DNA of 62,785 bases, filler included, from Dicyema japonicum (GCA_011109175.1; 8 parts of 8 records of this genome joined end to end with filler, not necessarily neighbours in it), one strand, 5' to 3'. Shown: positions 1-14,659, counted from the first letter of the whole stretch. The notes: generated by a model from the letters alone, not told the origin. Translations and numbers: made by a program.

Positions 1-559
1 AACTATTTAATTAATAAATAAAATTAAAAAATAATTTAATAAAATTCATTTAATAAACGGGGTTTTCCGATTTGTGTAATAACTTTACCATAAAGTTTGA
101 TAAATTTGCCAAAATTTCTAATATTTTTTCCAAAATGTTTAATAATTTTGTTAAAATGTTTAAAAAATGTGTCATAAAGTTTAATAACTTTTTGAATAAT
201 GTTAATTATAAACTGCGTATAAATTATTTTTAAGTGAAGTCTGAAAAAAGACTATAAATGTAGCTATACAAGGACAGTTTAAGGATTATACGGGTTCTAT
301 TTTTAAAACGGAATTCGAAGTCTGTGTTGTTTCAATGCGCACTGCAATTGTAAAACGCACATTGTCACTCCAGAAGCTTATTTATTATAATCAATTCTCT
401 GTTGTTTATTTGAAGCTATTCTTCATTATCCAAAATTGTCCTATTTCTATCTAGGAATTAAGATATGCGCATGACCTGATTTTGTTTTAGAAAAAATCAA
501 TGATTGTTCTTAAACATGCTTTTGTTGGTAGAGTTTTCCCTGAAATAAACGAACAAAAA

Positions 560-1040
560 ACAGACTTATTACATCAAATGGGAATGATAAGATTTAGACG
601 ATATCAAAAAATCAAGTTTTTCCATGACGATTGGAAAAGGTTCTACAAAGAAGGATATTCTCAACAATAACACTGAACAGACAAAAATTGGTATTTTTGA
701 GATTTTTCATGTTACAAGAGAAGTAAAAGTACGACTATACAATACTTTCGTCTTTTCCAAACTGCTCTACATCTCGGGAACGTGGGAACTAACTCGGACA
801 TGTGCTGATAACCTAAATCCTATCCAAAGAAAACAACTAAGGACTCTACTTTGTATACACTATCCAATCATGATAAAAAGCGAAACTTATACACAGCTTG
901 CTAGTCGGAGCATCTGGAAAAATTTATTACAAGAACTTCGATCTAAAACATGCTAAAATAGCATTAGTCGAAGCTAATGATAAAAAAGTTTCCGAAAATC
1001 GTAAGCTTGTAAGAGCGTGGAGATGTCTAACAGACCTGAT
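560..1040 (+). mobile_element. Decayed 3' part of an RTE-clade LINE ORF
   Basis: ORF 624-956 reads VKVRLYNTFVFSKLLYISGTW...QRKQLRTLL, the same post-RT segment as LRVRLYNAFVKPVLMYNAATW...HRKQLRLLL in the better-preserved copy at 61628-61927. Confidence 0.75.
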
Positions 1041-1729
1041 TATCTGGTGGTTCTTAAATGATTGAATCATTGGAGAAACCCCTGAGAATGTGTTAAAGTA
1101 ACTACAATTGCCCTACCTTAAAATGAGGTCATATTTCTATTTAACAGTAAAATTAGGTCAACCGTTGAAGTGATTATATATTTTATTTGATGACAATAGA
1201 TACATTGGTGTCATACTTTTATTCGGAACTAAATATAGATGCCATCAGTGGAAACTGTCCTTAATCTTATTTCTTTGTAACTATCAGGAACCGTGGAGGT
1301 ATGGACATATTCCTTAATGATCCGGATGGCCGAACTAAATATCTGTTTTTAAAAAAGAAAGGAGTTCCCTGAGAGCATTAAGAATGGAAGAAAACTTGTC
1401 TCAAACGACTAGCAGTTATTCAACAAATGCTTGATTGAGTTCTATCCATGTGACGAAATTGGCAATTTTCTGACGATGAATATGAGAATAGCAGCTTCGT
1501 TCGGTTTCTGTACTGTTGCTATTCTGTTATGATGAAAAATTCGAATAATAGAAATGGAAACGTCTCAGTTGTGCTTAATGTTAAATAATTAAACCTTGGA
1601 ATTATCAAGGTTGCAAATATAATCTCTGGCTTGGATTCTGCGGTTGTGGCCAGAGTGACCCGACGTTTTACAGAGAATTTGTATTCTGCTTTAACCACCC
1701 AGAAGATCCTAGCTTAATTAAATAGATTT

Positions 1730-2380
1730 CAATACAAAGTTGCCTTTGGGGATAATGAACACAAACTTACACAAACTAAGTTGCCACCTTCGCAAATTGG
1801 ATTAAACAATTTACCAACGTGGATATAACATGAAGAGCTTAATGAATTTTTCGATACTATCAGATTTCAATATTAAAAGATTTGAAAAACGTGGAAAAAG
1901 ATTACCTATGGCGAAACTAATAATAGAAAACCATGGAGAAGTGCTCTCTTTGGAGAACTTGGTATTAAAATTGTTTCTCACAAGTCAGCTGAATGGTTTA
2001 AAAAACCTGAAATCCAATGCTTTCGTTGCCAGTTATTCGTCATATTGCGCGTTTCTGTAAAATGTTGAAAGATGTTTGATTTGCTCAGAAAAGCACAGAA
2101 GGTCGGAGTGTCAATTTAACATAAAGAACAGTAAAATTTCATAAACTGTGGATCAACTGACCACATGGCTAACTACGGAGGTTGCTCTTGTGCAAAAGCA
2201 GCTAATAAACTCAAGATGGATGAATTCTCACCTCAAAGTAATTTTCGCATTGAAAGTGTTGCTAAAGGTAGTAATGTTGCCTGGAATTATCTTGATCAGC
2301 AGTCAACTGGAGCACAAGGAAGTGAAGGAATTCCAAATCCACCAAATCTACCGGTAAGGTTATTTGGTTTATTATTATAA
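1730..2380 (+). mobile_element. Gag-like ORF1 remnant of a jockey/I-group LINE with three CCHC zinc knuckles
   Basis: Reading across frameshifts from about 2003 gives KPEIQCFRCQLF.HIARFC...RCLICSEKHRRSEC...INCGSTDHMANYGGC. Confidence 0.7.
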
Positions 2381-2399
2381 TAAGATAATACCAAGGATT

Positions 2400-2640
2400 T
2401 TTTGTTTGTTCCAGTCGCCGTTGAGACGTCCTATTCCCTTGCGCCTGCGACACTGGAATTCTTGAGTCGTCTAGGGAATCGGATCGCTACACGAACAGGA
2501 TACCCTCGTGAGCGCTGCTGGTTAATTGAGCGATTTTCGCTCCCCATTTTGAGAGTGAATAGCCACGCAATAAGGGGAGCCACTATATAACTATTTATTC
2601 TATTTTTTTATTGCTTAATAATATTATTATTTAAAAAATA
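2400..2640 (+). mobile_element. 3' end of a CRE-like RLE retrotransposon
   Basis: FVPVAVETS...LIERFSLPILRVNSHAI matches the C-terminus of the 50238-50930 ORF; followed by an AT-rich 3' UTR and A-run. Confidence 0.75.
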
Positions 2641-2689
2641 CCAATGGAACTAGCATACGATCTCATGTAGGAATTTTTCCTGCTCATCG

Positions 2690-4470
2690 CTGTCCCTCAA
2701 AGCATTAATCACTGAGATTCGATCAGTTGACATGATCAATTGGATCTCAATGGCTTCAATTCTGCGAAAAGGAGATTCGGAAAAATCTCTCTGGGTGGAT
2801 GGAGTTTCATCGTCCAGCAATTCAATGCTCGTTTCTCCACTCATAAAAGTATACTCGGCGTTAGAAAATTATTGAATGTAAAGCATAATAAAAAGACGCC
2901 CGTGGACCAGAAAAGTCGAGATGCTTTAATCGGATCAGGAAGCTCAGAGAACAACGTACCAAAAGCAGAAATTTCCATGTATGGAAGATGCAAAGAAGAA
3001 TTTTATGTTCAAATTGAGAGAGTTAAATCAGTTCCCAAGATGGAAGGAAACCCACACAAAAGATTCCATAAAAATTGCTTAAATGGATGTTCTTATTACA
3101 TTAAATGCAGTGATATCAAATTATGTGTCATCATCTCCGCCATCTGACATGAATGAGATAACTGACATAATTTATGCTGCACAATGCGCATATGAAAATT
3201 TGACAAAGAAGCAATCAATAAAAAGCAGTTGGAGGAAAAACGTGGAGAAAAGAATTTCAAAATTTAAAGAAAATTGCGCCTTAGTTTATGGATTACTTGG
3301 AAGCAGTCAAGGGAAGAAAGGGAGAGAAAAACATTGATGTTTTTTTTGTTTGGATACAAGAAATCAAAAAAGGGAGAACTGAAAAGAATCTCTACCCTAA
3401 TTGAAGACAAAATCAAGATCATGAAAAAATCACAATTCTGAATCAAGAAAATTTTTTAGACGAGATAATTTTTGTTTTGAGTTGAACAAGAGGAGGTTTT
3501 ATCGGAGGCTCAACGATAACGTCAGTAATAGTGATTGTAAAGTTACAGAAGATGAGTGCGTGTAATTTTGGAAAGAGATATGGGAAAAGAATCAGAATTA
3601 TTTTTACAGAAATATTGTTGGGAGGCGAATAACAGGGGCAGAGGAGTCATCGTTAGATATGACAGTTGAGTTCGTTAAGAACATTATTCACTATACGCCG
3701 AATTGGAAGAGCTCTGGCTGTGATGGAGTATATGGATTTTTTGTCATGAAATTTGATTCTCTTCATAGTTATCAGAGTGGGGAGATTATAAAGATAGTGA
3801 GTGGTGAATATTGTCTAGAAGAATGGTTCTATACTGGGATCACGTACCTCATTCCAAAAAAGAAGACTTTGTTCTCCGAATGACTTACGACTAATTACTT
3901 ACATGCATATATTCTACAAATCTGCACAAAATGTGTTAATACAAAACTTACGGATTATATTGAAGGGTTCAATCTAATCTCGGATGGAGCAAGAAGCTTG
4001 GAGCAAAAAAGCAGTGCCAAGGTGCAAAGGAGCAGGCTTTAATAAATCAGTGTGTTTATCCTGAATATGAAAATTGCTTATTCACAAAATGGATTGATGT
4101 GAAAAAGGCTTTCGATTCTATCTTTCATGAATTTTTATGTCGGGTTCTTAAAAGCTCTAAGTTCAGGAATGGATTGTGTAGTTAATCGAGAATCTAATAA
4201 ATAAGCAAGTGGAATGTTATTTTGAACCTTAACAAAAAAAGAATTGGAAAAGTCAAACTCGTGAGAGGAATCTTGCAAGGAGACTCACTCTCTCCTCAGC
4301 TGTTTACTCTGGTAATGGACCCACTAAGCCGAATATTAAATATAAAATTCCCGAAAATATGTATTAATCAGAGTGATCCGTCTATTGTGACATATGCGAC
4401 TAACCAATTTCTTTTTATTGACGACCTGAAAATAATTGCCGAATATGAAGATACTATTCAAAAAATGATT
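2690..4470 (+). mobile_element. Decayed R4/Dong-like non-LTR retrotransposon, RT region
   Basis: Broken frames give PNWKSSGCDGV, WFYTGITYLIPK, QGAKEQALIN, WIDVKKAFDS, RGILQGDSLSPQLF and FLFIDDLK, motifs typical of R4/NeSL-group RTs. Confidence 0.8.
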
Positions 4471-5060
4471 CGGATGCACTTCTGTAGAGTTCACGTCAGA
4501 ATCATTGCTTCCGAGGATTGTCAGAGTGTAGCTGGACAACACCTTTAAAAAACATGACATCTCCCTTTGCGATCTTTTTGCTTGCCTTTGAATTTCGATG
4601 TTTGGAACAATATGAAGGCGATACCACTATTCGGCGACTGGATTAGTAGAGAAGATATCCTCTGTAACATTTGTTGCTGGAGTAACAAGCGAAAGCTTCC
4701 TTCCTGGTAGTGTCAGGCCAATTGCCGTTGGAAGCTTTATCCGTAGAGGATAAACCAGGAATTAATGTGAAATGGACTGTGAGAAGGATCAACTACTTTA
4801 AAACCGTTTTGATGAGATCCCCAAGCAGTATGCACATTTCGAACCTCGCATGCGGTACTCCAACTCATCTCGTTAATGAGGATAGAATTATTAATTCATC
4901 GAATGGGATCCAACAAGATGATCCCCTCAGTTCACTTTTTTTTGCCTTGGCAATTGATGAGGCTGTCCGTGCATGTGACATGGCTTTCAATTGTTGGTAG
5001 TTGGAAGATGCTACGATCGGATGTTAACCGAGTTGGTGATAAAAAAATTTCTTCCCACTC
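4470..5060 (+). mobile_element. CRE-like RT fragment
   Basis: VRPIAVG (about 4711-4731) and SSNGIQQDDPLSSLFFALAIDE, a degenerate GxQQGDPL RT motif of CRE type. Confidence 0.65.
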
Positions 5061-6229
5061 TTAGTAGATATAAACGCATAAATCCGAAATTTGTAAGCTG
5101 GGACTCTCCCGATATGAATACTATAAAGCACGACGCAAGATCATACTTTTTCTTCCTCATGCTTCTATTCCAGGTGAGGATGACTTTATGATGATGGCTC
5201 ACCCATTTCCACATGGATTATCCTTCATATTCAGAATAAGAAAACTATCGGAGATTGGTAGAACCACTGTTAAGCTGCACAAGCTTGATTTTCATACTGA
5301 TTTTTTTCTCCTGAAAATTGTTTGTTCCATCCGAGATTAATGTTTTTGGGACGTTCTCTAATTGGTGCCTCTTTCTGGAAAGTTTGGAGAATTTGAATAA
5401 ACTTATTCCAAGTCTATTGAAGAAGTTGGTGAGGAGTTGGTCGGCGGCTTTTAAAAAAACCCCTTTTGATCCACACAAATTAAGGAACTTGACCAACATT
5501 ACGTAAACAAACTATTTGGTAGTGGCTTAGTAAGGGTGAGATGTTGAATCTGCTTGTTACAAATGTGGGCAGTTTTCTCCGTAAGCAGATTACCCCGTGA
5601 TTCTTCCGCTGTATGGTAAGTTTGAATACTCTTGTAAAAAAACTAGGAATCTGAATGGTGGGAAATGTGATGTAGTGCTTTTATCTTTTGTTTCCTAAAA
5701 TGAATAATTTTTTGAAGATCTGCTTACTTTCAGGGATCCTTGTTTACTACGACCATCAAATGTGAAAAATACAAATTAGTGATGGCCATTGACATCAGGC
5801 TCCACCTACTAAGAGACAATTAAGATTGGCGAGACGATTTCCATAGTCAGACCCTAAGCAATTACGCAAAAAATCAACGCCATCAAGGAGGCTTAAGATT
5901 AATTAGAGTTCAAATGCAAAAATGTAAGATTTTAATAGAATGGTTTTTTCCAACCAGAACACTGCAATTCTCATTTGAAACCATTTGGTTTGACTCACAA
6001 AATCAGGCATTTTAAAGAATGACAAAAAAGAAAACAAAAATTGTCATTGAAGAGCGATTTTCACTAAACAGAGAAAGAAAGGCTATCCGAGTCTAGTCAA
6101 TTGATTAAAATGTCTACATACAAATTTCACTAACTGTTCAAAATAAATCAATTTTATTGTAAAATTAAAAACTTTAAAAATATTTTTTTACTAAAATAGT
6201 CCAGCCAAGAAACTCAATTAGTAGAAGTC

Positions 6230-7845
6230 GTCCTCGGATTTCAATTTTTCAATTCCTTTTGTACGACGAGCGGCAAAGTTATCTCCAAACTTCCACGAAA
6301 ACGACTTCTTGACAGATATAGTAGCTTTCCACATCTCAGTTCGTCGGGGATGCCAACTCTATCCTCAGGATATGCCCGAATAATATCCAGCGAGACTCAA
6401 TTATCTCATGGCTTATTTGCTTACACCCAAATTTCTTATAAATTGATTTACAATAAAGATACCGGTTAGCCAGCGTGTTCCTGTTATTTTTCTAGGTGAT
6501 TCCTACTGAAAAAGTCCAGGCTCCCCACTTCCCCTGTTGAAGTTGTCCAGTTTACAGATAGGGATTATCTCCAAGTAGATCCGATGCTTTATCTAATAGA
6601 TGTTCCAAGAGACCTCTGTCTTAGGAAATTAGGTCGACCTGGTCTGCATAAATAACACTCCGAGAAATTGTTCAAGTATCCCCATCGGTTTGTGTCTGTA
6701 AACTATTCAGAGTTCTCAATAAGTCTACCCCAGAATGTTAGCGTTATTGTATCTTTGATGCGTCACACTTGTCCATCTGTGACTTCTGAGTGCATCGACT
6801 GTTGATCCCTCTTCTCGAAATCCACTTCAGCTTCCTGACAAGTATCTGTATGCAGGTTCTTTTATTTGTTCAAGTACAATATTGCCAGAACTTGTCGGAA
6901 TTAATTTGAGTTTACAACAAGGCATTTTGATTTCTTTCGGCGTAATTAACATTCTAAAGTCTCGGCTTTCCTGCAAATACTACTCTTCTTTCCTGTGCCA
7001 GGATATCTCTCACCTGTTAAATTAATAATGTTCTTTGTATTGTCTCAGGAATCATTTAGTGAGACATCCGCTGATAAATACAGTAGATGAGTCTCAAAGT
7101 ATTCTTGGTACCTCTCTGTTGTCTCTGTTTGGTAAACCAGCTTGTCTCTTTAGGTAAAATGTAACAATTTCCTGTGATCGTTGACATTTGTCCACCTTCA
7201 TACGAAGTGCATCTAAAAGAGGGCGATTGTCTTTAACCCGACATATGATGCATTCAATGTGGTTATAGGAACCAACTCCCACTGAATTTCTTTCCTCTCA
7301 CTTTTAGGTAGTTTTATGACAGGGAGACATACATACAGTATTGCATAGAAAAAAAAGATTGTTTGCAAGGACGCCTCGTATTCGTTGTATGTTTCGACAA
7401 CTTCGAATATAATTCACCAGTTCAGAGGGATCTTTCTCCACCATCCCAAATATGCCGCATTCATTCATAATTGTCATGAGTTTTTTGGAGGTGCAGTGGC
7501 TTTAAAGACGTATTTAATTACAACAATCATGTCTCTCAAATGGCAAATATGGTGGATGGCAGATGTCAGTCATGAATGGATAGCGACTCCGAGTCACGGG
7601 TAGACATATCAGTCTATATTTTTCATAGTTCCTGTTTAGACAGGCAATCTTCGTCTCCTGTAGAGATCCAATGGAAATGTTTGTGTCTCCAGGTCATCAC
7701 AGAATCTAACAAGGCCAGAACTTAGATATACCTCTAGCTTGACGTGAGGATCTCCATACGAAAGCCTCTTATCTTCTGCTTTATAGAAATTTTTCTAAAC
7801 TGTTTTCATACTGAGAAACGAGGCATGTCACTGCCTCACCAAAAG
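6230..7845 (-). mobile_element. Heavily decayed RTE LINE that retains its 5' hairpin
   Basis: Minus strand begins TTTGGTGAGGCAGTGACATGCCTC...ATG, then ISIGSLQETKI (APE endonuclease); the 6230-6560 end resembles the RTE C-terminus (FRG, ELS.RRTK). Confidence 0.6.
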
Positions 7846-8039
7846 ATTGCGAATGCGACATAATATCTGAGACTCGTGTTAATTTTAATCCAAGATTTAA
7901 AAGAAACTAAATTATTTTCGCGAATTTTTAATTAGTGATTTTTTAATTATGAAATATTTATACTTTAATATTTTAAATAATTAAATAATATAGCATGCAA
8001 CTTTTGATGGTGAAACCTAGAAGGAAGATACTCACATGC

Positions 8040-8330
8040 TAGATGCTAGATTTTTTTTGAAGAGAGGAATCCCACAGGAATCAAGTTTAAGTCCTTTATT
8101 ATTTAATGTTCGAGTCAGGATCAAGAGTTAATTAGTTTGGTTACCTTTGGTTTTTGGAATAATTTTAATTTTTAATTGCCGATTTAACGTCTCTAAGGTC
8201 AACAAGTACGAGATCTCTGATATACGCATACGACGTGCTATTGTCTGATGTGTCGAGATCGAGTATGATATCGGATAGGAGACTCAATGTATATATGGAA
8301 AAGATAAAGACTGGTTATACGATCTTGCGG
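8040..8330 (+). mobile_element. RT core fragment of a jockey/I-like LINE
   Basis: RGIPQESSLSPLLFNV at about 8064-8110 and a degenerate YADD (IYAYDVLL) at about 8222-8243. Confidence 0.6.
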
Positions 8331-9239
8331 AGGAAATTAGACTCGAAGCTGATATATGATGATTTCGTAGTCAAAGGATCAGGTTTTTTTTTGTTATGAC
8401 TTTAGAACCACACGTTTTCTTTGACAGTAAAAGTACTCCGGTAATAAAAAAATCGTTCAACCACTGAAAGTCAAGTAGCAAAAAAGTCAAGTAGCAATCC
8501 CGGAGGTGACTCTGACCTAATTCTCTATTATACAGTGGTACGATGTTACCAAGAACCTTTTCAAGCCGATGTCACTCAAGCGAGCTTCTACAAGAGCAAA
8601 TTTGAGGAAAAACAGCGAAATGAACGAAATACAGAATAGAGAAAAATATTAAGTACAACCAAAGGTTTCGTTTATTTTGTTAATTTAGTATTTCAAATTT
8701 ATTGGAGATAGTTGGAGGAATAAACGAAAATACAGAATAGAAAAATATTAAGTACAACCAAAGGTTCGCTTATTTTGTTAATTTAGTATTTCAAATTTAT
8801 TGAAGATAGTTGGAGGGAGGTACACTGGTTGTTGCTCCCATATTATTAACTTTTGTACTTTTAATAAAAAAAGCTTTTAATTTTAATGGAATACGATTTG
8901 TTAACAAAAGAAAGATTAGATATTTATCCTAGCAGAAAGGATTGCGTTTCCACATAATACGGCAATCCCTAATCTTTGTCTTATCCAGAACGATTCGCGA
9001 GGTTCTTTTTTTTGGCTTGCTATTTTCCCTCATATTTCTTTAAGAAAGGAGCTAATACTGTGAAAAAAGCTTGAAGACGAGATCGAGACAGTTTTCACAT
9101 CAACAGAAAAAAGTATATTCATCATGATCCTGCAGCTTTTGAATACTGTGGCAATAGATTATACAGATTTCTGTCACATCAAATATGAGAGCTATCAAAA
9201 TTTCTAACGTGCTCTACTCGTTCGACTTTAAGGGATCTA

Positions 9240-11690
9240 TCAGATTGAGCCACAAAGGCAAAGGGATCTTCCGCCTCGAATTCAGAAAAAGAGTGGACAA
9301 AGATTTTTTATGAACATGTGGATGCTTCTTCTCCTTATGCTGTTGAAAACCATTACTTTAGTTAAATCCGACTAGATCTTCCGAAGTTGTGTTGAACAAC
9401 CTGCCTTTATGGATATATGACAACAACCTTCATGAATTTGTGAAAGAATTAGTCCCTCCCACGAGCTTATGCAGTTTCTACAAGGCATATGGAGACTTCC
9501 TCTTGTAAATGTTCTAGTTGGATCAACGGCGGATGCTACTTCGCTTGTCCGATATGGTTTCAACATTTCTCACGTACCAATAACATGCGAATAGCACAGA
9601 AAAGGTCCATTGAGGTGTTTAAACCGCAAACGCTATGGACACATATATTCTTTGTAAGAGAGATGTCTCAGTTGCGTAAGGAAACACGACCTGACTGCGT
9701 GTGGAGAGACTCCATAGAACACAATGAATTGTATAAATTGTGAATCGTTTTCAAATTGTGCCAGATATGGTGGATGTCTAGCCACCAAAAAATCTGATCA
9801 TAAGAGATTGACGTAAAATTATGGACAGCTGATAATAAACGATATTAGGAGAACGTAGACAGCAAAGAAGTTACGTCAAAGACGACACCAAAAATTAGTC
9901 GAAAATCGAATGAAGTCCCAACCAATCTATCAGAGAAGGTTTATACGGAAATATCGAAAATTATGTCACAGCTTAAATATCTATGTGCGATTACAAAGGT
10001 GGATTTAATGGAGATAGTAAGTTTGGTTTTGAAAAAGCAAGGTCACCAAAATGTTGAAACAAGGACTAAAAATAGTGCTAGTGAATGCCCGACCCCTTAG
10101 GAAAAAACATAATGAATAGCACTACTTGCCAGGGGCTCCAAGATCGATATCTTGGTAGTCAATGAGATTAAATAAAGAAATCGAAATGTAATAAATTGAC
10201 GGGATACAATTCTGTGGACATTTTATGGAAAGTTTGAGCAGTTGCTGTAGGGGAACGTCTATTTACTTCCGCGNGGAAACCATTACTTTAGTTAAATCCG
10301 ACTAGATCTTCCGAAATTGTGTTGAACAACCTGCCTTTATGGATATATGACAACGACCTTCATGAATTTGTGAAGGAATTAGCCCCCTCCACCACGAGCT
10401 TATGCAGTTTCTACAAGGCATATGGAGACTCCCTCTTGTAAATGTTCTAGTTGGATCAAAAACGGAGGCTACTTTGCTTGTCCGACATAGTTTCAACATT
10501 TCTCAAGTACCAATAATATGCGAATATCACAGAAAAAATCCACTGAGGTGTTTAAACCGCAAACGCTATGGACACATATCTCCTTCTATGAAAAGAGATG
10601 TCTCAGTTGCGCAAGGGATCATGACAGCTTAACTATCTGTGTGCGATTACACAGATGGATTTAAAGGAGATAGTATGCTTGGTTTTGAAGAAGCAAGGTC
10701 ACAAGAATGTTGAAACAAGGACTAAAAATAGTGCTAGTGAATGCCCGACCTCTTAGGAAAATGCATAATGAACTAGCACTACTTGCTAGGCCTCCAAGAT
10801 CGACATCTTGGTAGTCAATGAGATGAAATAAAAAAATCGAAGTGTAATATATTAACGGGATACAATTCCTTGGACATTTTATGGAGGTTTTAAGCAGTTG
10901 TCTATTTTCTACCTCGACTGCCTCAGAATTCGTAATTCAAAAGTCTTTTGTCATTTATTGAGTGATTTTGTAATCATGGACGTTTGTTGCGTGGGAATAT
11001 GCATTACTGTTGAAGGACTATACTCCAAGAATCTTGAAATTTGTTCTAAAGATATCTCTGAGTTCTACAATAATCCCTATACCATCTTAATTGGCGACCT
11101 TGATTCGAAGAATACTAGTTCTGGTTTTTGAAGACAAATCAGGTTGGATGGCGTTTATAATTATTGTCTAATTCACATGGCTTTGTGATCTTTACATCAG
11201 ATGACCCAAATTATTTTTTTATCATATTGAGAACAAACTCGGCGAATTCCTAGAATCGCCAGCTAATGTCCAAAACTATAGTTTTCTTGAGGTTCAACAT
11301 ATCACATTTAGATTGAGGTCACTTAGTTATTTTGATGTCTAATAATGGAAAAATTAAACGGACCGATATGAAAGGCTGAGGGTGCGAAGATTCATGTAAA
11401 AAATCCCTATTTTTGGAAAATACTATCGGAAGATAATGTGTCCGAAGTTGGGGGCAGAAAAATAATATAAAATAGACCAGATGGGGCATATGCATGACGA
11501 AGAAAACACCTTCGATATTCAGGGATCAGTTCAAAAAAATTCAGGGTGTTGATCCGTCGAGTTTGACACCAAATGACAAAATAAATTGTGTGCCAATACA
11601 ATTAAATACTCCGACGAGGAATATTCTCAAGAAATTTGGACGCCTGACTCTCTCAGAAGCAATTGTGTTCATATAATCGATTTCCTTGAA
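9240..11690 (+). mobile_element. Decayed jockey/I-like LINE (gag zinc knuckles followed by APE), partly duplicated across the n at 10274
   Basis: PLRCLNRKRYGHI...CLSCVRKH...CINCES..ARYGGC, then LKIVLVNARPLRK.HNELALL, IDILVVNE and TILIGDLDSKN. Confidence 0.7.
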
Positions 11691-12958
11691 TATCTTGAGA
11701 AAGAACTCAGTGACAATTATTTTGACAGGGATCAAAACTAAATAAATTAATTGGGATAATGCTCATGTCATTCATAAATCTAAGGAATCCTATCAGTTCT
11801 TTAACACCTATCATATTCAATTCAATTCCTCATCATTTCTTAAATGAAAATAGTCTTTCCGAGTCAAGAGAAGAGATGTTTGATTCAGTTGGCCAACCAG
11901 GATATTATTTAAATCATAATAAATTTGAATTAATTAACATCGATTTATAATTCCGAAAAAAGAACCGATAAGTTAGTAAAATGTTAGTAAACTCCGCAAG
12001 TACCCATTACATTGAACCTGTCCACAATGGCACTGCAGACTGAAATAACATTATTAATTAAATGTTTCAGATGTCTGCGTGCTGCTTCGAATAAAATTAA
12101 AACCTTCCATGGTATATAGGTTATTATTATTGAGAACTAATGGACTACGATTTGGTTTTTCATATCTATATTAAATATACTATCATACGCCTCTAGATTA
12201 TCGAATGTACCTATGCACACGATGGAACTATTATTATTATTATTATTAAAAATACACATCTAATTCAATCTCCCTGGAACTGTATTTAAATGTTTGAACA
12301 ACTTTTATTCTGTTTGGAAAGTAACTACATAAATTAAAAAAATGTACAGATGGAAAAGTGATGTTAAATGTTCAGCGAAATCGATCGCGATGTATATCAG
12401 GCAATTGCATTCTTTCAAATCCCTATTAATTTAAAAATAAATATAACAAGCTATCAATAATAGCTGGAAAAGTAAGTTTGATTACATATATCAAACTTTC
12501 ATCTTCCTTACAGTAACTATAGTAAGTAATATTCAATACAAAATAATCACATTCAGTTCAATAATAGAAAAATTGAAACCAGGTACCAATGTAATGTTTT
12601 GAATTATTAAATCTCATATTCGAGAATCATATTTTAGGCCAGAATATATACAACTAATCAAATTTCTTAATAATTAATATGTAATACAGAGTTTCACGAT
12701 CTACTACCAACTCTTGACAATTTCTTTGTGTCAAAAAGCAGAATGCAAGGTCTATTATAATGAATTTGAACATCTATAAGATAAAATACTAAAATGATGA
12801 ATATAATAGTATCCACAAGAAAGTAAAATTATTACATAAATTAATGACGTTATAAATAATAATAAATTTATTAAATAAATTATTTAATTAATAAATAAAA
12901 TTAAAAAATAATTTAATAAAATTCACTTAATATACCGGGTTTTCCGATTTGTGTAATA

Positions 12959-13058
12959 NNNNNNNNNNNNNNNNNNNNNNNNNNNNNNNNNNNNNNNNNN
13001 NNTTAATTAATTAANNNNNNNNNNNNNNNNNNNNNNNNNNNNNNNNNNNNNNNNNNNN
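12959..13058. other. Artificial 100-nt scaffolding spacer (N-run containing TTAATTAATTAA)
   Basis: The same N44-TTAATTAATTAA-N44 cassette recurs near 25512, 30329, 35967, 38851, 55197 and 58290. Confidence 0.95.
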
Positions 13059-13447
13059 AGCCCCTAGGACTTGCCACGGCAAACAGAAGGCCGGATGGAG
13101 CGACTCTGTTCCCGTGGGATGCGGGGAAGTACCTGGCCTGGGATGCCACCTGCGTAGATAGCTTCTCCCCTTCCAATATTACAATGAGTGCGACAAATCC
13201 AGGCTCAGCTGCAGAGAAAGAGAGAAATACTTAAAGCAAAGAAGTACACATGCCTCGGCGAGCAGTTCACAGTTGAATCAGTCGCAGTCGAAACTTCGGG
13301 AGTCATAGGAAGCAGGTCGTTAGCCCTGCTCAACAGAATTGGATCGTTAATCGTAAAGGGAAATGCGCTCTCAATCCTGAGAGCAGCCAGTAGCCTTTAA
13401 CTATTTGGTTTTATTCTTCAATAAATTGTTATTGTTTAAAAAAAATA
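13059..13447 (+). mobile_element. 3' part of a CRE-like RLE retrotransposon
   Basis: NRRPDGATLFPWDAGKYLAWDATCVDSF (PD-D endonuclease), KAKKY, VESVAVETSG, KGNALSI, then AATAAA and an A-run. Confidence 0.85.
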
Positions 13448-13499
13448 TATATATGATATAAACGACAACCCAGAAAACAATTTACTGTTCATACTTCTC

Positions 13500-14175
13500 A
13501 TGACGCGGCAAACGCGGCATTACACAGGGTGAAAAACTTTTGGCTAAAACGAAAACGGAATAGCATAAACAAAGGATAATGTTATACGACACCTTCATCA
13601 AACCAATTCTACTATACACCTCTGGGACCTGGGCAACCTCTAAAGAGGAATTGGAGAGGCTAGACTCATTTCACAGGAATCATCTAAGAAAAATAACTGG
13701 AATGTCCTGGCCATCCATAATCTCGCGGAATGGACTCTACAATAAGTGTGACTGTACACCATTAAGTCACGAGATCATTAGCTCTCGATGGAGACTTTTT
13801 GGACACGTCCTGAGGTTGGACCCGATATCACCTCCGAATATCGCAATGGAAGATTACTACTCCTCCAATGTAAAACGCTTTCGTGGAAGACCGAGAACTA
13901 CCCTCCCGGTCGTTCTACAAAACGATCTGTAAGCCGTGAAGAATACATTGGCATCTGGTGACGATCTGGACTCACTGAGGGACCTAGCAAAGAACAGAAG
14001 AGCTTGGAGCAACCTAACTAATTCTCTTATATTTTTTGCTGCACATGCGGGAATCATCCGTAGTTGAGCAATACATATTATGGCTCTTGTGAAAGTGCTA
14101 ATAATAATAATACCACTCATTAATAGAAAATTATAGCTCTCGTGAAAGTGCTAATAATACCCCTCATGAATAGAC
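13500..14175 (+). mobile_element. 3' end of an RTE LINE with a duplicated terminal motif
   Basis: ORF 13579-13932 (LYDTFIKPILLY...RWRLFGHVLRL...FRGRPRTTLP), then GGCTCTTGTGAAAGTGCTAATAATAAT present twice. Confidence 0.85.
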
Positions 14176-14659
14176 TAGTCGATAATCCATTGACAGAAGA
14201 AGAATTTGTCAACTTAGACTTGGAACTACCCACTGAAAATCTTAAAGATTGATAATCATTCCTAGTTGAGCGATACCAAACAGTCTCAGCTTCTGAAGAT
14301 AATGACAGTGACTCAGATTCTGATAAGCAAACAGAGTCAAAACATATGTCCTGTGCGAAAAACCATATCGTATAAAGTCAGTCAATGCAAATAAATGTGT
14401 CGAAGTAAACCTATCCTCTTTATAACCACGTTGAAATGACGTCCGGGAGAAAATTTTTGATTTTCGCGAGAACCAGTCTTTCCAGGATTTTCGACAATGA
14501 ACACAATAACGAAACCGGTCGAAGCCTTCTTCACTTTTCCGGGTTTCAAATTTGGACGTAGGTGGGCAAGCTTCCATAAGGTTAGAATAGAATTTCTAGA
14601 CCATGGTTTCTCAACGTTTTTTTCGTAGCGCTCCTATGAAAAAAATTTCACCCCTGGCA